NCBI GenBank assembly: GCA_965224245.1
Contig: OZ245046.1
Coordinates: forward strand, 4,960,001 to 5,024,000
DNA from: Candidatus Eiseniibacteriota bacterium
GTDB taxonomy: Bacteria; Eisenbacteria; RBG-16-71-46; CAZAMP01
DNA length: 64,000 nucleotides
Direction: 5' to 3'
The position numbers were made by a program, and so were the translations under genes. The notes under the pieces were generated by a model that worked only from the letters and a program-made list of their open reading frames with translations, was not told the origin of the DNA and did no database searches. Numbering within the stretch: position 1 is the stretch's first letter; every line of letters begins with the position of its first letter. Below, in pieces: positions 28,614 to 38,547 of this stretch.

Positions 28614-31600
28614 ATGGAGAATGCAGAACACGCGGTCCTGACGAGACCGCCGGGATCGACGTCTTCGCCACCTGCTCACTCCGACTCCTCACGTTGCGAC
28701 CGCTCTCCCTCCCCGACGACCCGACACCTCTCGACGATACGCCAGCTCACAGCGATGCCGCATCGTCTCGCCGGACCGGCGCTCCTCGCGCTGTGCCTGG
28801 TGGCGACGCCGGCCGCGGCGGAGTCCCCGTACGGGCTCTTCAAGGACGGCCGGAAGGTCCTGGACATCTCCGACTTCGCGACCACCCGCGATGCCGCGCG
28901 AACGCTCGAGCAGGCGTTGCCGACGTTCACGCGGGGTCTCGAGCTCTATCGCGACGTGCTCGGGCGTGATCACGTTCCGTCCGGAGAGGCCACACGCTAC
29001 GGAGCGCTGGCCGTCGCGGCCCGTGACCTGGTGGCGACACTCGAGAGGCCCGGATCGCTGAGCGAGCCCGGCGCCGCGGATCGCGTGGCGAGGCTGGCCG
29101 AGCTGGCCGCGCCGGTGCGTGAGGCGAACGACGCCTACCTGAACCGGCTCGCCGCGATCGGACGGAACATCGCCGACGCGGGGTTCCCGACCGAGAAGCA
29201 AGCTCGCCACGCGGCGCTGGTTCGCGCGCACGGCGAGGCGGCGGCCTCGCTGATCGATCGCCTGGACTCGCTGTCCCGCGCGCATGCCACCGGCTCGCCG
29301 GTGGCGGCCCCGATCGCGCGTCTGGCGGACTGGTTCGCCGAGAACCCCCTGGAGCCCGAACGGGCGGAGACGTCCGACGTGCCCCGGGGTCCGACGTTGA
29401 TGGAGATCGTTCCCGCGCCGGTCGTGCCGCTGGATCCCAACCGCCGCGTGACGAGCGCGTATCCGATCGCGCCGGGCACCGAACGGGGCACGCCGTCGGA
29501 CCTGGACGAGACCATCGACGTCCAGTTCACCCCGGACATCGATGCGCTGGCCGCGTCGCTGGGCAGCTCGCCGGCGCGGATGTACGAGTACGTCCGCAAC
29601 AACGTCGAGTTCGAGGCCTACCTCGGATCGCGGAAGGGTGCCCAGCAGACGCTGGATCACGGGCGGGGTAACGACGTGGACATCGCCTCGCTCCTGATCG
29701 CGCTGTATCGCACGTCGGGCATCCCGGCGCGCTACGCCGAGGGACGCGTTCGCGTCCCGATCGATCGCTACACGAACTGGCTGGGCGTCGACGACAAGAC
29801 CCAGGCGGGAAGCCTGCTGGCCACCGCCGGACTGCAAGCGACACTCGAGATCTTCGGATCGGACACCGTGTCGGTGTCGCTGCAGCGCGTCTGGGTCGAG
29901 GCCTACGTGCCGTTCGACAACTACCGAGGGGCACCGAGCGACACGGCCGGCGCCCGGTGGATCCCGCTGGACCCCGCGTTCAAGCAATACGACGTGACGC
30001 CGGGGATCAACTTCGCCGCCGAGCAGGGCGTCGACGGCGACACGTTCGTGGACGACTACATCTCGACGTTCCGGGTCGAGCCGCCGATCGAGAAGCTCGA
30101 GGCCGATCTCCTCGCGGCGCTGCCCGGCGCACATCCGGGTCTCGGCATCGACGACATCGTGGACCGGCGATCGGTTCGCGCCGAAGAAGACGGCATCCTG
30201 CCGGGGACGTTGCCCTACGAGCTGGTCACCAAGGACGGTGTCTTCTCCGAGGTCGTGACCGACGATCGGTACCACGTTCGTTTTCATCTGCACGACGGCG
30301 GCGGCATGGATCTCGACTACACCACGTCGACGCCCGAGCTGGCCGGCAAGCAGGTGACGATCTCGTACATCGGTGCCACAACGGCCGACCAGGACGTCAT
30401 CGATGCGGCCGGGAGCTTCTTCAACATCGCGACACCCTACCTCGTGGACGTGGTGCCGCAGCTGAAGATCGACGGCTGCGTGGTGGCCACCGCCAGCGGC
30501 TTCGTGACGATGGGCTACTCGCACGGCTCGGACATGCACTTCACGCCGCCGGTCGGCGCGTCGAACCAGGTTCCCGCGGTCTTCAACACGATCGCGGCCG
30601 GCAACTCGCAGGGCATCGGCATCGACACGCAGGACGCGCTGCCCGCGCTCTTCGACGTCCCGTCCACGACGTGTGACGAGGACTACCTGACCCAGGAGCT
30701 GCATCAGACGGCGTTGACGTACCTGAACAACGTGGATCGGGCCGAGGATCGACTGGCCGAGCTGCTTCACGTGGTGCACATCAACGACGTCTCCGAGGCC
30801 ATCGTCGAGAGCTCGGTGCGCATCCTGTTCTCCAGCGGTCTCCCGATCACGTTCGACTGGACCGGGATGATCGTCGACGCGGACCGGAAGATCGTCGGCT
30901 CGTTCGCCGTGGACGGACAGGCCACGCCGTACGACTTCCTGCGCATCGGAGGCGCCGACGGGTCGGTGCAGGAGAATCGCGTCTTCGAGACGCGCTACGA
31001 CGAGGAGGCGATCTCGGCCATCAAGATCCTCGGTCTGGCCGCGGACTCGCTGATCACGATCTGCGACATCACGACCTCGATCGGCGTGGACTGCCCCGAC
31101 ATCGATCAGTCGGCGTCGGTGATCGCGGCCATCAACGCCGCGCTCGGCATCGGCCATCGCGTGATCATTCCCGAGCGCGACTTCACGTACTACAACTGGT
31201 CGGGCACGGGATACATCGATCTCGATCCCACGTCGGGAGCGGCGGGATACATCATCGCCGGCGGCCAGAGCGGCGGCGCCACGGTGCAGGACTGGTCCGC
31301 GGAGCTGGCGGGCATGCTGGCGTCGGGAACGATCTGCATCGAGCCCTCGGGCACGATCACGGTGGCCCCGGCCGCCGACGTCGGCGACGACAAGTATTGC
31401 CGTGACAACGACGCCAACTGGGAGTTCACCGTCCCCACGATCCAGGGTTGGGGCGTGGACGAGGACGACAACTGCAAGGCCACGAACACGCTCACCAACG
31501 AGACGTTCACGGTCACGAACTACACGATCAAGGAGCTGGCCGACAGCGACACGTTCGGGCCGGGCACGTACACGTTCCGCATCGGATCGCCGATCGACCC

Positions 31601-32300
31601 CTACGGCTGCGGCTGCACCATCATCGAGAAGGAAGTGACGATCTACGCCGCGGTCGTGAAGACGCTGAACCCGAGCGGCGAGTTCGAGCTCGGATCCGAC
31701 CTCGCGATCGACTACGAGGTCGTCCCGTCGGACTTCAGCTTCGACAGCGCCAAGCTCCAGGTGAAGAACGCCAACGACGACCTGGTCTACGAGATGACCG
31801 GCCTCGACGGCAGCGGGGGAGCCCACTCCACGATGTGGGAGAAGGGCAAGTGGAACCAGGGTTCCACGCCGTACCCGTACGCGAACCCCAAGAACGGGGA
31901 GTACGAGATCATCGTGGTCGGAACCGTGGGCGGGATGGACTGCGAGTCGGAGCCGGAGACGGTCGAGACGAAGCTCGTGCTGGAGGCCGACATCACGGAT
32001 CCCGAGCCGGGGGCGATGATCGATCGCGCCGGGCTCGAGGACATGATCGACGCGCTCAAGATCGTGCTGAGTCTGGGTGGCTCGGAGACGATCTTCCAGG
32101 GCACGAGCCAGATCACCGAGACGCCCACCGACGACTACGAGACCAAGATCAAGGTCGAGGACCCCGGGCTCAACAGCCTCGACGACGGAGACTACGAGGT
32201 CATCTTCCGAGATCTCCGCGACGAGCTCGGCAACTTCGGCGACGAGGATCCCGGCACCGCCGGCATCCAGGAGATCAAATTCGATCTGAGGTTGAAATGA
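28614..32300 (+). CDS. Large secreted transglutaminase-like domain protein (catalytic residues substituted)
   Basis: YEYVRNNVEFEAYLGSRKGA...GNDVDIASLLIALYRTSGIPARY, RVWVEAY, WIPLDP; start is 28614 or the downstream MPHRLAG. Confidence 0.85.
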   Translation: MENAEHAVLTRPPGSTSSPPAHSDSSRCDRSPSPTTRHLSTIRQLTAMPHRLAGPALLALCLVATPAAAESPYGLFKDGRKVLDISDFATTRDAARTLEQALPTFTRGLELYRDVLGRDHVPSGEATRYGALAVAARDLVATLERPGSLSEPGAADRVARLAELAAPVREANDAYLNRLAAIGRNIADAGFPTEKQARHAALVRAHGEAAASLIDRLDSLSRAHATGSPVAAPIARLADWFAENPLEPERAETSDVPRGPTLMEIVPAPVVPLDPNRRVTSAYPIAPGTERGTPSDLDETIDVQFTPDIDALAASLGSSPARMYEYVRNNVEFEAYLGSRKGAQQTLDHGRGNDVDIASLLIALYRTSGIPARYAEGRVRVPIDRYTNWLGVDDKTQAGSLLATAGLQATLEIFGSDTVSVSLQRVWVEAYVPFDNYRGAPSDTAGARWIPLDPAFKQYDVTPGINFAAEQGVDGDTFVDDYISTFRVEPPIEKLEADLLAALPGAHPGLGIDDIVDRRSVRAEEDGILPGTLPYELVTKDGVFSEVVTDDRYHVRFHLHDGGGMDLDYTTSTPELAGKQVTISYIGATTADQDVIDAAGSFFNIATPYLVDVVPQLKIDGCVVATASGFVTMGYSHGSDMHFTPPVGASNQVPAVFNTIAAGNSQGIGIDTQDALPALFDVPSTTCDEDYLTQELHQTALTYLNNVDRAEDRLAELLHVVHINDVSEAIVESSVRILFSSGLPITFDWTGMIVDADRKIVGSFAVDGQATPYDFLRIGGADGSVQENRVFETRYDEEAISAIKILGLAADSLITICDITTSIGVDCPDIDQSASVIAAINAALGIGHRVIIPERDFTYYNWSGTGYIDLDPTSGAAGYIIAGGQSGGATVQDWSAELAGMLASGTICIEPSGTITVAPAADVGDDKYCRDNDANWEFTVPTIQGWGVDEDDNCKATNTLTNETFTVTNYTIKELADSDTFGPGTYTFRIGSPIDPYGCGCTIIEKEVTIYAAVVKTLNPSGEFELGSDLAIDYEVVPSDFSFDSAKLQVKNANDDLVYEMTGLDGSGGAHSTMWEKGKWNQGSTPYPYANPKNGEYEIIVVGTVGGMDCESEPETVETKLVLEADITDPEPGAMIDRAGLEDMIDALKIVLSLGGSETIFQGTSQITETPTDDYETKIKVEDPGLNSLDDGDYEVIFRDLRDELGNFGDEDPGTAGIQEIKFDLRLK

Positions 32301-34927
32301 TGACGCGACGACGAGTACCGACGCGCGCCTCCGAGCGCGCATCCACGGGAAGACGCGCGCACTGGCTGACGGCGGCGCTCACCGTCGTCGCGGCCGTCAC
32401 GATCGGTGCGGTGACGCCGGGCGCGGGGCGCGCGGAGACCGAGGTCCGCTACACGAACATGATCACCGCGTACGAGGAGGGAGACCTCGTCCGAGCGCGT
32501 GAGCTGGCCGGAGAGTGGCTCGCCACATTCACCGGCGAGTACGCCGAATCGGAGCAGGACGCTGATCGCGAGGGCGCGCTCGTCCGGCTCATGAGCACGG
32601 TGCGCTCGATCCACGAGGCGGAGCTCGCGCTGGATCCGGCCGAGCGGCTCGCGATCGACGCGGACGTCATGACGGCGACGCGGGCGGCGATGACACTGAC
32701 GCAGTCGGCGCTCGCGACCCTCGACGACGAGAAGACGTCCCAGAAGGCGTGGCTCCAGCGCGAGCTCGGCTGGACGGCGGTTTCGGTGATCCGGGCGCAA
32801 AACGGCCTGGCGCCCCGGGCGGCGCTCGACGAGATCGCGGGCTCGTTCGCCGACGAGATGCAGCTCGTCGGCTTCGACGGGGTGGACGCCGCGCTGGCGC
32901 CGCCGCCGGCGGTCGACGAGGGGCGGATCCTGGAGCTGGATGGTCCGGAGCGGGCCGCACTGCGCGCCGTCCTCGAGGACTACGTGCGCGGCCTCTACAT
33001 GGGACGAGCCGAGCTCGTGACCGCGACGACGTCGGCCGGATCCCCCGAAGTGGTGCGGCTGATCACCACCGTCCAGGCGGAGCAGCGGGCCAGGGGCATT
33101 CGCTCCGTCCAGTCGGTGGACCTCGCTCCGCCGGACGTGTCCCCGCTCCTCTTGCGCCGCACGGCGACCGATCGCTCGATCTACGTCGTGGGGCTACGGG
33201 ACGTCGCCGTGCGCGTCGAGCGCACCGACGGCGGTACCGAGAGCCTCGAGTGGGTCGACATGGTCCGCGTTCGGCGCGACGAGGCCGGCCGGTGGCAGGT
33301 CGTGCTCCCGGACGTGGACGCGATCGGATCGCCGGACGACACGGGCGCCTCCGGAGGGCTCCACCGTCGGCTGGCGTACACGGTAACCGGCCAGGTGCGA
33401 ACCCCGCTCACGGGGGGCTCGGCCACCGCGAACGATCAGCCCGTCCAGTACATCCGCGTGATCGTCATGGACGAGGAGGCGGGAGCCGACGAGGAACTCG
33501 CGCGCGGCTACACGACGTCGGCGGGATCGTTCTCGATCGCGGCCGAGGACACCTCCGAGGCGGCGGATCTCTACGTCGACATCGAGTACGTCGGTGACGC
33601 CGTGGACGGCCAGGAGGTCGAGGTGCGCGCCAGCGACGGAAACGCCGACCCGGACAAGGACACGATGGTCAACGGATCGGTCCTGACCGATCAGCCGGCG
33701 GGGACGGTCGCGCTCGACACCCTGCGCACGAGCACGCATCGCTCGACGGTCGTCTCGCACGGGACCCGCGCGTTCAAGTACCTCGACGGGCAGTACTCCG
33801 GGTACACGCTGGGGGAGAACCCGCGCTACGAGGCCACGTCGGGCACGGGCGGCAGCTACGTCACGTCGGACGGCGGCTACCTGCGCATCAGCCGGGACGA
33901 CTGGCGCGACCCGGGATCGGGGAACGCCCAGTACTCGGACATCCATCACGAGACCTGGCACTGGCTCTCGTACCGCACGTACGGCAGCCGGTGGCCGGAC
34001 TACGGCTGCTCGTGCAACCCCCACTACGCGAACAAGGAATGCTGTGAAGGCTTCGCGATGCAGGAGGGGAGCGCGCAGTACTTCGGCAACATCTCGGCGA
34101 TCGCGATGTTCGGCGGAGACGGCAAGACGAACCTCCCGGGCGTCGACACGTGGCGCGGCGAGGACGACACCGGCGACGACAACAGCGGCGAGATCGTCGA
34201 GGGCACGTTCACCCGGGGGCTGCGCAACCACGGCGAGCACCCCGGTGTGCTGGAGGCCTTCTGCTCGAAAGCACCCGACAACTGGGAGGAGCTCTACCAG
34301 GCGTACGGCGACGTGAAGGGCAAGACCTCGTCGGACATGAGCGATCTCCTGGACGAGATGGCGCTCAACGGCATCGTCTACACGCGGGGCAAGATCAACA
34401 AGTTTCTCCCCGAGGACGATCCCCCGGACATGGGACCGCCGGCGGACGGCAACGTGAAGGAGATCCGGGACGTCGTCTTCGTTCGCGGCGAGATCGAGCC
34501 CGAGATCGAAGCGCTCGCGAAGGCCGATCTCAACATCGCTCCGAACGCGAACGTCGTGGATCCCGACCAGAAGGACATCGGGTACAAGACGGCGGCCAGC
34601 GGGACCGGTGAGGACAACCCGCTTCCATCTCTCACGTTCGTGGGTGCGGTCGGATGGGCGTCGATGCTGATGTGGGACACGACCACGGCCGCCGACGGCG
34701 AGTACGACGTCGTCGTCAAGACGCGCATGAAGGACTACCAGTGGGAGGACACGCTTGAGCCGGACTTCACCGGTGACGCGACGGCCACGGTGAACACGAA
34801 CGAGAAGTGGCTCAAGACCCTCCAGACGTGGTTCAACCAGGACGACACGCCCACCGACGACAAAGAGGGCAAGGTGATCATCGACAACGCCGGCCCCGAG
34901 GTCGAGAACTTCAAACCAGAGCCGTGA
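32297..34927 (+). CDS. Secreted putative zinc metallopeptidase (HExxH)
   Basis: ATGA overlap; signal peptide; DIHHETWHW...AMQEGSAQYF; C-terminal Ig-like WDTTTAADGEY...IDNAGP. Confidence 0.75.
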   Translation: MMTRRRVPTRASERASTGRRAHWLTAALTVVAAVTIGAVTPGAGRAETEVRYTNMITAYEEGDLVRARELAGEWLATFTGEYAESEQDADREGALVRLMSTVRSIHEAELALDPAERLAIDADVMTATRAAMTLTQSALATLDDEKTSQKAWLQRELGWTAVSVIRAQNGLAPRAALDEIAGSFADEMQLVGFDGVDAALAPPPAVDEGRILELDGPERAALRAVLEDYVRGLYMGRAELVTATTSAGSPEVVRLITTVQAEQRARGIRSVQSVDLAPPDVSPLLLRRTATDRSIYVVGLRDVAVRVERTDGGTESLEWVDMVRVRRDEAGRWQVVLPDVDAIGSPDDTGASGGLHRRLAYTVTGQVRTPLTGGSATANDQPVQYIRVIVMDEEAGADEELARGYTTSAGSFSIAAEDTSEAADLYVDIEYVGDAVDGQEVEVRASDGNADPDKDTMVNGSVLTDQPAGTVALDTLRTSTHRSTVVSHGTRAFKYLDGQYSGYTLGENPRYEATSGTGGSYVTSDGGYLRISRDDWRDPGSGNAQYSDIHHETWHWLSYRTYGSRWPDYGCSCNPHYANKECCEGFAMQEGSAQYFGNISAIAMFGGDGKTNLPGVDTWRGEDDTGDDNSGEIVEGTFTRGLRNHGEHPGVLEAFCSKAPDNWEELYQAYGDVKGKTSSDMSDLLDEMALNGIVYTRGKINKFLPEDDPPDMGPPADGNVKEIRDVVFVRGEIEPEIEALAKADLNIAPNANVVDPDQKDIGYKTAASGTGEDNPLPSLTFVGAVGWASMLMWDTTTAADGEYDVVVKTRMKDYQWEDTLEPDFTGDATATVNTNEKWLKTLQTWFNQDDTPTDDKEGKVIIDNAGPEVENFKPEP

Positions 34928-34955
34928 GAACGGCCGAGCGGAGACGAACGAAACC

Positions 34956-37900
34956 ATGACGACTCGACGACACACGACGCGAGGACGCTGGTTGACGTCG
35001 GTACTTGCCGGCCTCTCGACCGGTGTCCTGATCGGCGCCGGCTTCGCGCCCGGCGCGCTGGCCACGAGCCTCGAGGACGGCGTCGCCTGGCTGGAAGCCA
35101 ATCAGGACGCCTCGGGCCTCTGGAACGCAACCGGTGAAACACCGTTCCGCGACACGGCGTTCGTGACCGAGATTCTCGCGCGCTTCGGCACGCTGCCCGC
35201 CGTCCTGGCCGCCGGCGAGGCCGTGCTCGACGGCACGGAGGTCCAGTCGGTGGACTTCCGGGCCCGTCGTGTGCTGGCGCTCGCCTCGGGGAGCCTCCTC
35301 GACGCGGACGAGGTCACCGCGCTGGCCGCCGACCAGAACGAGGACGGCGGCTGGGGCTACGCGCCCGGCTACGCCAGCAACGCGCTCGACACGGGGCTCG
35401 CGCTCCGCGCCCTGAAGACCGCGGGCTACACGGGCGCCGCTCTGTACATCGCGGGCGCCGGCTTCCTCACCGGGACCCAGAACGGCGACGGTGGCTGGGG
35501 ACTCGTCGACGCCGATGCCAGCGACGTCTTCGTGACGTCGCACGCCGTGATCGCGCTGGCCGCGGTCGCCTCCGAGGTCTCGGTGGGCACCGAGATCACC
35601 GCGGGCGTGGACTGGCTCCAGACGCAGGACAACGGCGACGGTGGCTTCGGGCCCGCCGGCGTGAGCACGCCGTACCACACGGGACTGGCCATGGCGGCGG
35701 TGTTCCGCGACGAGCCGGCGGCCACCGAGCTCTCGGCGGGCAAGACGTACCTCGAGTCCATTCAGAACCCCAGCGGGAGCTGGACGGACGATGCCTACCA
35801 CACGGCGGCGGCCATCTTCGGCCTCAGTCAGGTGGGACCGGACCTCGAGATCACCTCGCCCGACATCGCACTCTCGGATCCGACCCCCATCGACGGCGAT
35901 CTCGTGACCGTCACCGTCACCGTGCACAACGCCGGTGTCGTGGACGCCGCCGACGTCACGGTGCAGCTCTTCGACGGCGATCCGTCGTCCGGCGGAACGC
36001 AGATCGGAACCGACGTGGTGGTGCCCCTGCTGGCCGCGGGCACGAGCACCGGCGTGGACTTCGACTGGGATACCACCGACCTCGGGGGGGACCACTTCCT
36101 CTACGCGCGGGTCGATCCCGCCGACGCGGTGTTCGAGCCGGACGAGCTCAACAACGAGGCCAACACGTTCGTGCACGTGTTCCTGCCCCCGAACCTCACG
36201 TTCGACCCCGACGGGATCACGTTCGACCCGGAGGCGCCGGAGGTGGGCGAGACCGTCATCGTCTCGATCACCGTGCGCAACGACGGCGAGACCGAGGCGG
36301 TCGACGCCTCGCTCCAGCTGTATCGGCTCCCGCTGGAGCAGGACGGCGACCTGGTCGCCCTGCTCGGCTCGCCTTACATCATCCCGTCGATCATTCCGGG
36401 GTCGCAGTTCACGCTGAACGTGAACATGGGCACCTACTTCAACCAGGAGCGCGACTACGATCTGATGGCGTGCGCCGACGAGGAGGACGCGATCCGCGAG
36501 GTCTCCGAGTTCGACAACTGCCACCAGGCCACGCTGTGGGTCGGTCCTCAGCCGTTCCCGGTGTCGATGGCGACCGGGCTCAACTTCCTGAGCCTGCCCG
36601 CCACCCCGGACGAGCCTCTTTTCGCCAACGAGGCCATCGCCGGCCTCCCGGGCGGTGACGAGGTGTCCGGCTGGAGCCGAGCGGATCAGCGCTGGCTGAG
36701 CGCGGTGCACGCCGGCGGTGGGGTCTACGTGGGCGAGGACTTCCCGATCCCGCTGCGCGACGGGTTCTTCGCACGCACGACGAGCCCGGGCACGTATCCG
36801 TTCGTCGGGCGCGCCCTCGGGTCGCACGACTGCACGTCGCTCGAGGTCGGGTTGAATGCGGTCTCGGTGCCGAATGCGGACGCGTGCTACACCGCATACA
36901 CGCTGATCGACGCCGTGACCGGAGCCGACGCGGCCTATCGGTGGGACGCCACGCTCCAGATGTGGGAGACCACGATCAAGACCGCGCCCGACACGTTCGT
37001 CGGACCGGACTTCGCGATCACCCCGGGGCACGCGTACTTCGTGCGAACGATCACCGCGGCCGACTTCTGCAGCGAGACGTGCACCGGTCCGATGCTGCCG
37101 GATCTCCGGGTGACGCCGAGCGACATCTTCTTCGACACGAACCCGGTGGGTGTGGGACAGCCCGTCGGCATCTACGTCAACATCGACAACATCGGCGAGG
37201 TGGACGTCACCACGCCGCGACTGGACATCTGGGCCGGCGACCCGGACGGGGGCGGCTCCCAGCTCCTGTCCGCGCCGCTCCCGGTGGATGCGCCGGCCGG
37301 CGGCTCGACGGGCTTCTGGGGCGGGACGTTCTCGTTCGGATCGCCCGGCACCATCGACATCTACGGCATCGCGGACTTTCTGGACGAGGTCCTGGAGTCG
37401 GACGAGACCAACAACCAGGCGTCGAGCCCGCTCATCGTGACCACGGCCAGCCGCCCCGAGGGTCCGGAGTCGTCCTCTGCCATCGCGAAGGCGGGCCCGG
37501 GCGCACGCCCGAGCTCGTCCGAGCCGGTGCTCACCGATCCCGTCCATACCGTGGTCGCTCCCGACGGCACGGACGTCACGTCTCGGGTGACATCCGATGC
37601 TCCGGCGAGCATCCAGGACGTCCTGGTGACGAACGTGACGAGCTCGTCGGCCACGATCACTTGGATCACCGACCGCGCCACGGTGGGATGCGTCCGGGCA
37701 GGCCGTTCGTCGCCGGCGCAGACGTTCTGCGAGCGAACCATCGCGGGTACGACGCACGCCGTCGTGGTGGAGGGACTTCGAGCCGACACCGAGCACGTCT
37801 TTGCGATCGTCGACGGTGACGCCGGGGTCGAGACCTCGGTCGACTTCGTGTTCCGGACCACACCGGTCGGTGCGGGCACGCCCGTGGCCCTCCACGGACG

Positions 37901-38528
37901 CCTGGTCGAGAGGGGCGCGGAAGACGGGTCGGACGGGGACGTGTCCGCCGGCGACGTCGGCGTCGCGCACGCGATCGTGAGCGCGGCGCTGCTGCGCGAC
38001 GGCGGTGGCTCCATTCCGCTGTCGACCCGGACCGCCTCCGACGGCTCGTGGTCGATGAACCTCGGGAACCTCAAGGACCCGGCCACCGGCGCGCCGCTCG
38101 GCGCACGAGTCGGTGATGCGGTGATCCTCAGGGCCCAGGCCGGACCGGAGCGGGTCGGTACCCAGCGGGTGATGATCGGTTCGCTCGACGTGATCGACGC
38201 CGGAACGCTGCGACTCGGTGCCGAGGACGTGCCGGAGACGACGCCCCCGGCGGCGTACTTCCTGGCCGCGAACCGGCCCAACCCCTTCACGTCGCAGACC
38301 ACGTTCACGTTCGGGCTGCCCGAGTCCGAGCTCGTGACGCTCGAGGTGTTCGACGTCCTGGGCCGCCGCATCGTGGAGCTCCAGCACGGCGAGCTTCCGG
38401 CGGCCACGCACGCGATCACCTGGGACGGCCGCGACCGATCGGGGCGGATCGTCCCCGCGGGGGCGTATTTCTATCGGCTGCGGGCCGGGTCCTTCACGCA
38501 GGTGCGAAAGCTCCTGATCGTGCGGTGA
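34956..38528 (+). CDS. Secreted prenyltransferase/squalene-cyclase (QW) repeat protein with three CARDB domains, FN3-like module and FlgD-Ig tail
   Basis: QDASGLW, QNEDGGWG, QNGDGGWG, QDNGDGGFG, QNPSGSW; PDL...E-x-DE-x-NN CARDB signatures; NRPNPF...WDGRDRSG. Confidence 0.85.
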   Translation: MTTRRHTTRGRWLTSVLAGLSTGVLIGAGFAPGALATSLEDGVAWLEANQDASGLWNATGETPFRDTAFVTEILARFGTLPAVLAAGEAVLDGTEVQSVDFRARRVLALASGSLLDADEVTALAADQNEDGGWGYAPGYASNALDTGLALRALKTAGYTGAALYIAGAGFLTGTQNGDGGWGLVDADASDVFVTSHAVIALAAVASEVSVGTEITAGVDWLQTQDNGDGGFGPAGVSTPYHTGLAMAAVFRDEPAATELSAGKTYLESIQNPSGSWTDDAYHTAAAIFGLSQVGPDLEITSPDIALSDPTPIDGDLVTVTVTVHNAGVVDAADVTVQLFDGDPSSGGTQIGTDVVVPLLAAGTSTGVDFDWDTTDLGGDHFLYARVDPADAVFEPDELNNEANTFVHVFLPPNLTFDPDGITFDPEAPEVGETVIVSITVRNDGETEAVDASLQLYRLPLEQDGDLVALLGSPYIIPSIIPGSQFTLNVNMGTYFNQERDYDLMACADEEDAIREVSEFDNCHQATLWVGPQPFPVSMATGLNFLSLPATPDEPLFANEAIAGLPGGDEVSGWSRADQRWLSAVHAGGGVYVGEDFPIPLRDGFFARTTSPGTYPFVGRALGSHDCTSLEVGLNAVSVPNADACYTAYTLIDAVTGADAAYRWDATLQMWETTIKTAPDTFVGPDFAITPGHAYFVRTITAADFCSETCTGPMLPDLRVTPSDIFFDTNPVGVGQPVGIYVNIDNIGEVDVTTPRLDIWAGDPDGGGSQLLSAPLPVDAPAGGSTGFWGGTFSFGSPGTIDIYGIADFLDEVLESDETNNQASSPLIVTTASRPEGPESSSAIAKAGPGARPSSSEPVLTDPVHTVVAPDGTDVTSRVTSDAPASIQDVLVTNVTSSSATITWITDRATVGCVRAGRSSPAQTFCERTIAGTTHAVVVEGLRADTEHVFAIVDGDAGVETSVDFVFRTTPVGAGTPVALHGRLVERGAEDGSDGDVSAGDVGVAHAIVSAALLRDGGGSIPLSTRTASDGSWSMNLGNLKDPATGAPLGARVGDAVILRAQAGPERVGTQRVMIGSLDVIDAGTLRLGAEDVPETTPPAAYFLAANRPNPFTSQTTFTFGLPESELVTLEVFDVLGRRIVELQHGELPAATHAITWDGRDRSGRIVPAGAYFYRLRAGSFTQVRKLLIVR

Positions 38529-38547
38529 GCGAATGGAGGGATCAACC

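Noticed and set aside
31448-32296. N-terminal extensions of ORFs 31448-34927, 53860-57375, 27077-28174 and 47791-48891
   Set aside because: Arg-rich off-frame read-through over neighbouring genes; internal starts with an RBS or stop/start overlap fit better
34956-35830. Squalene-hopene cyclase
   Set aside because: Only one QW-repeat barrel, no DxDD motif, and it has a signal peptide plus CARDB domains
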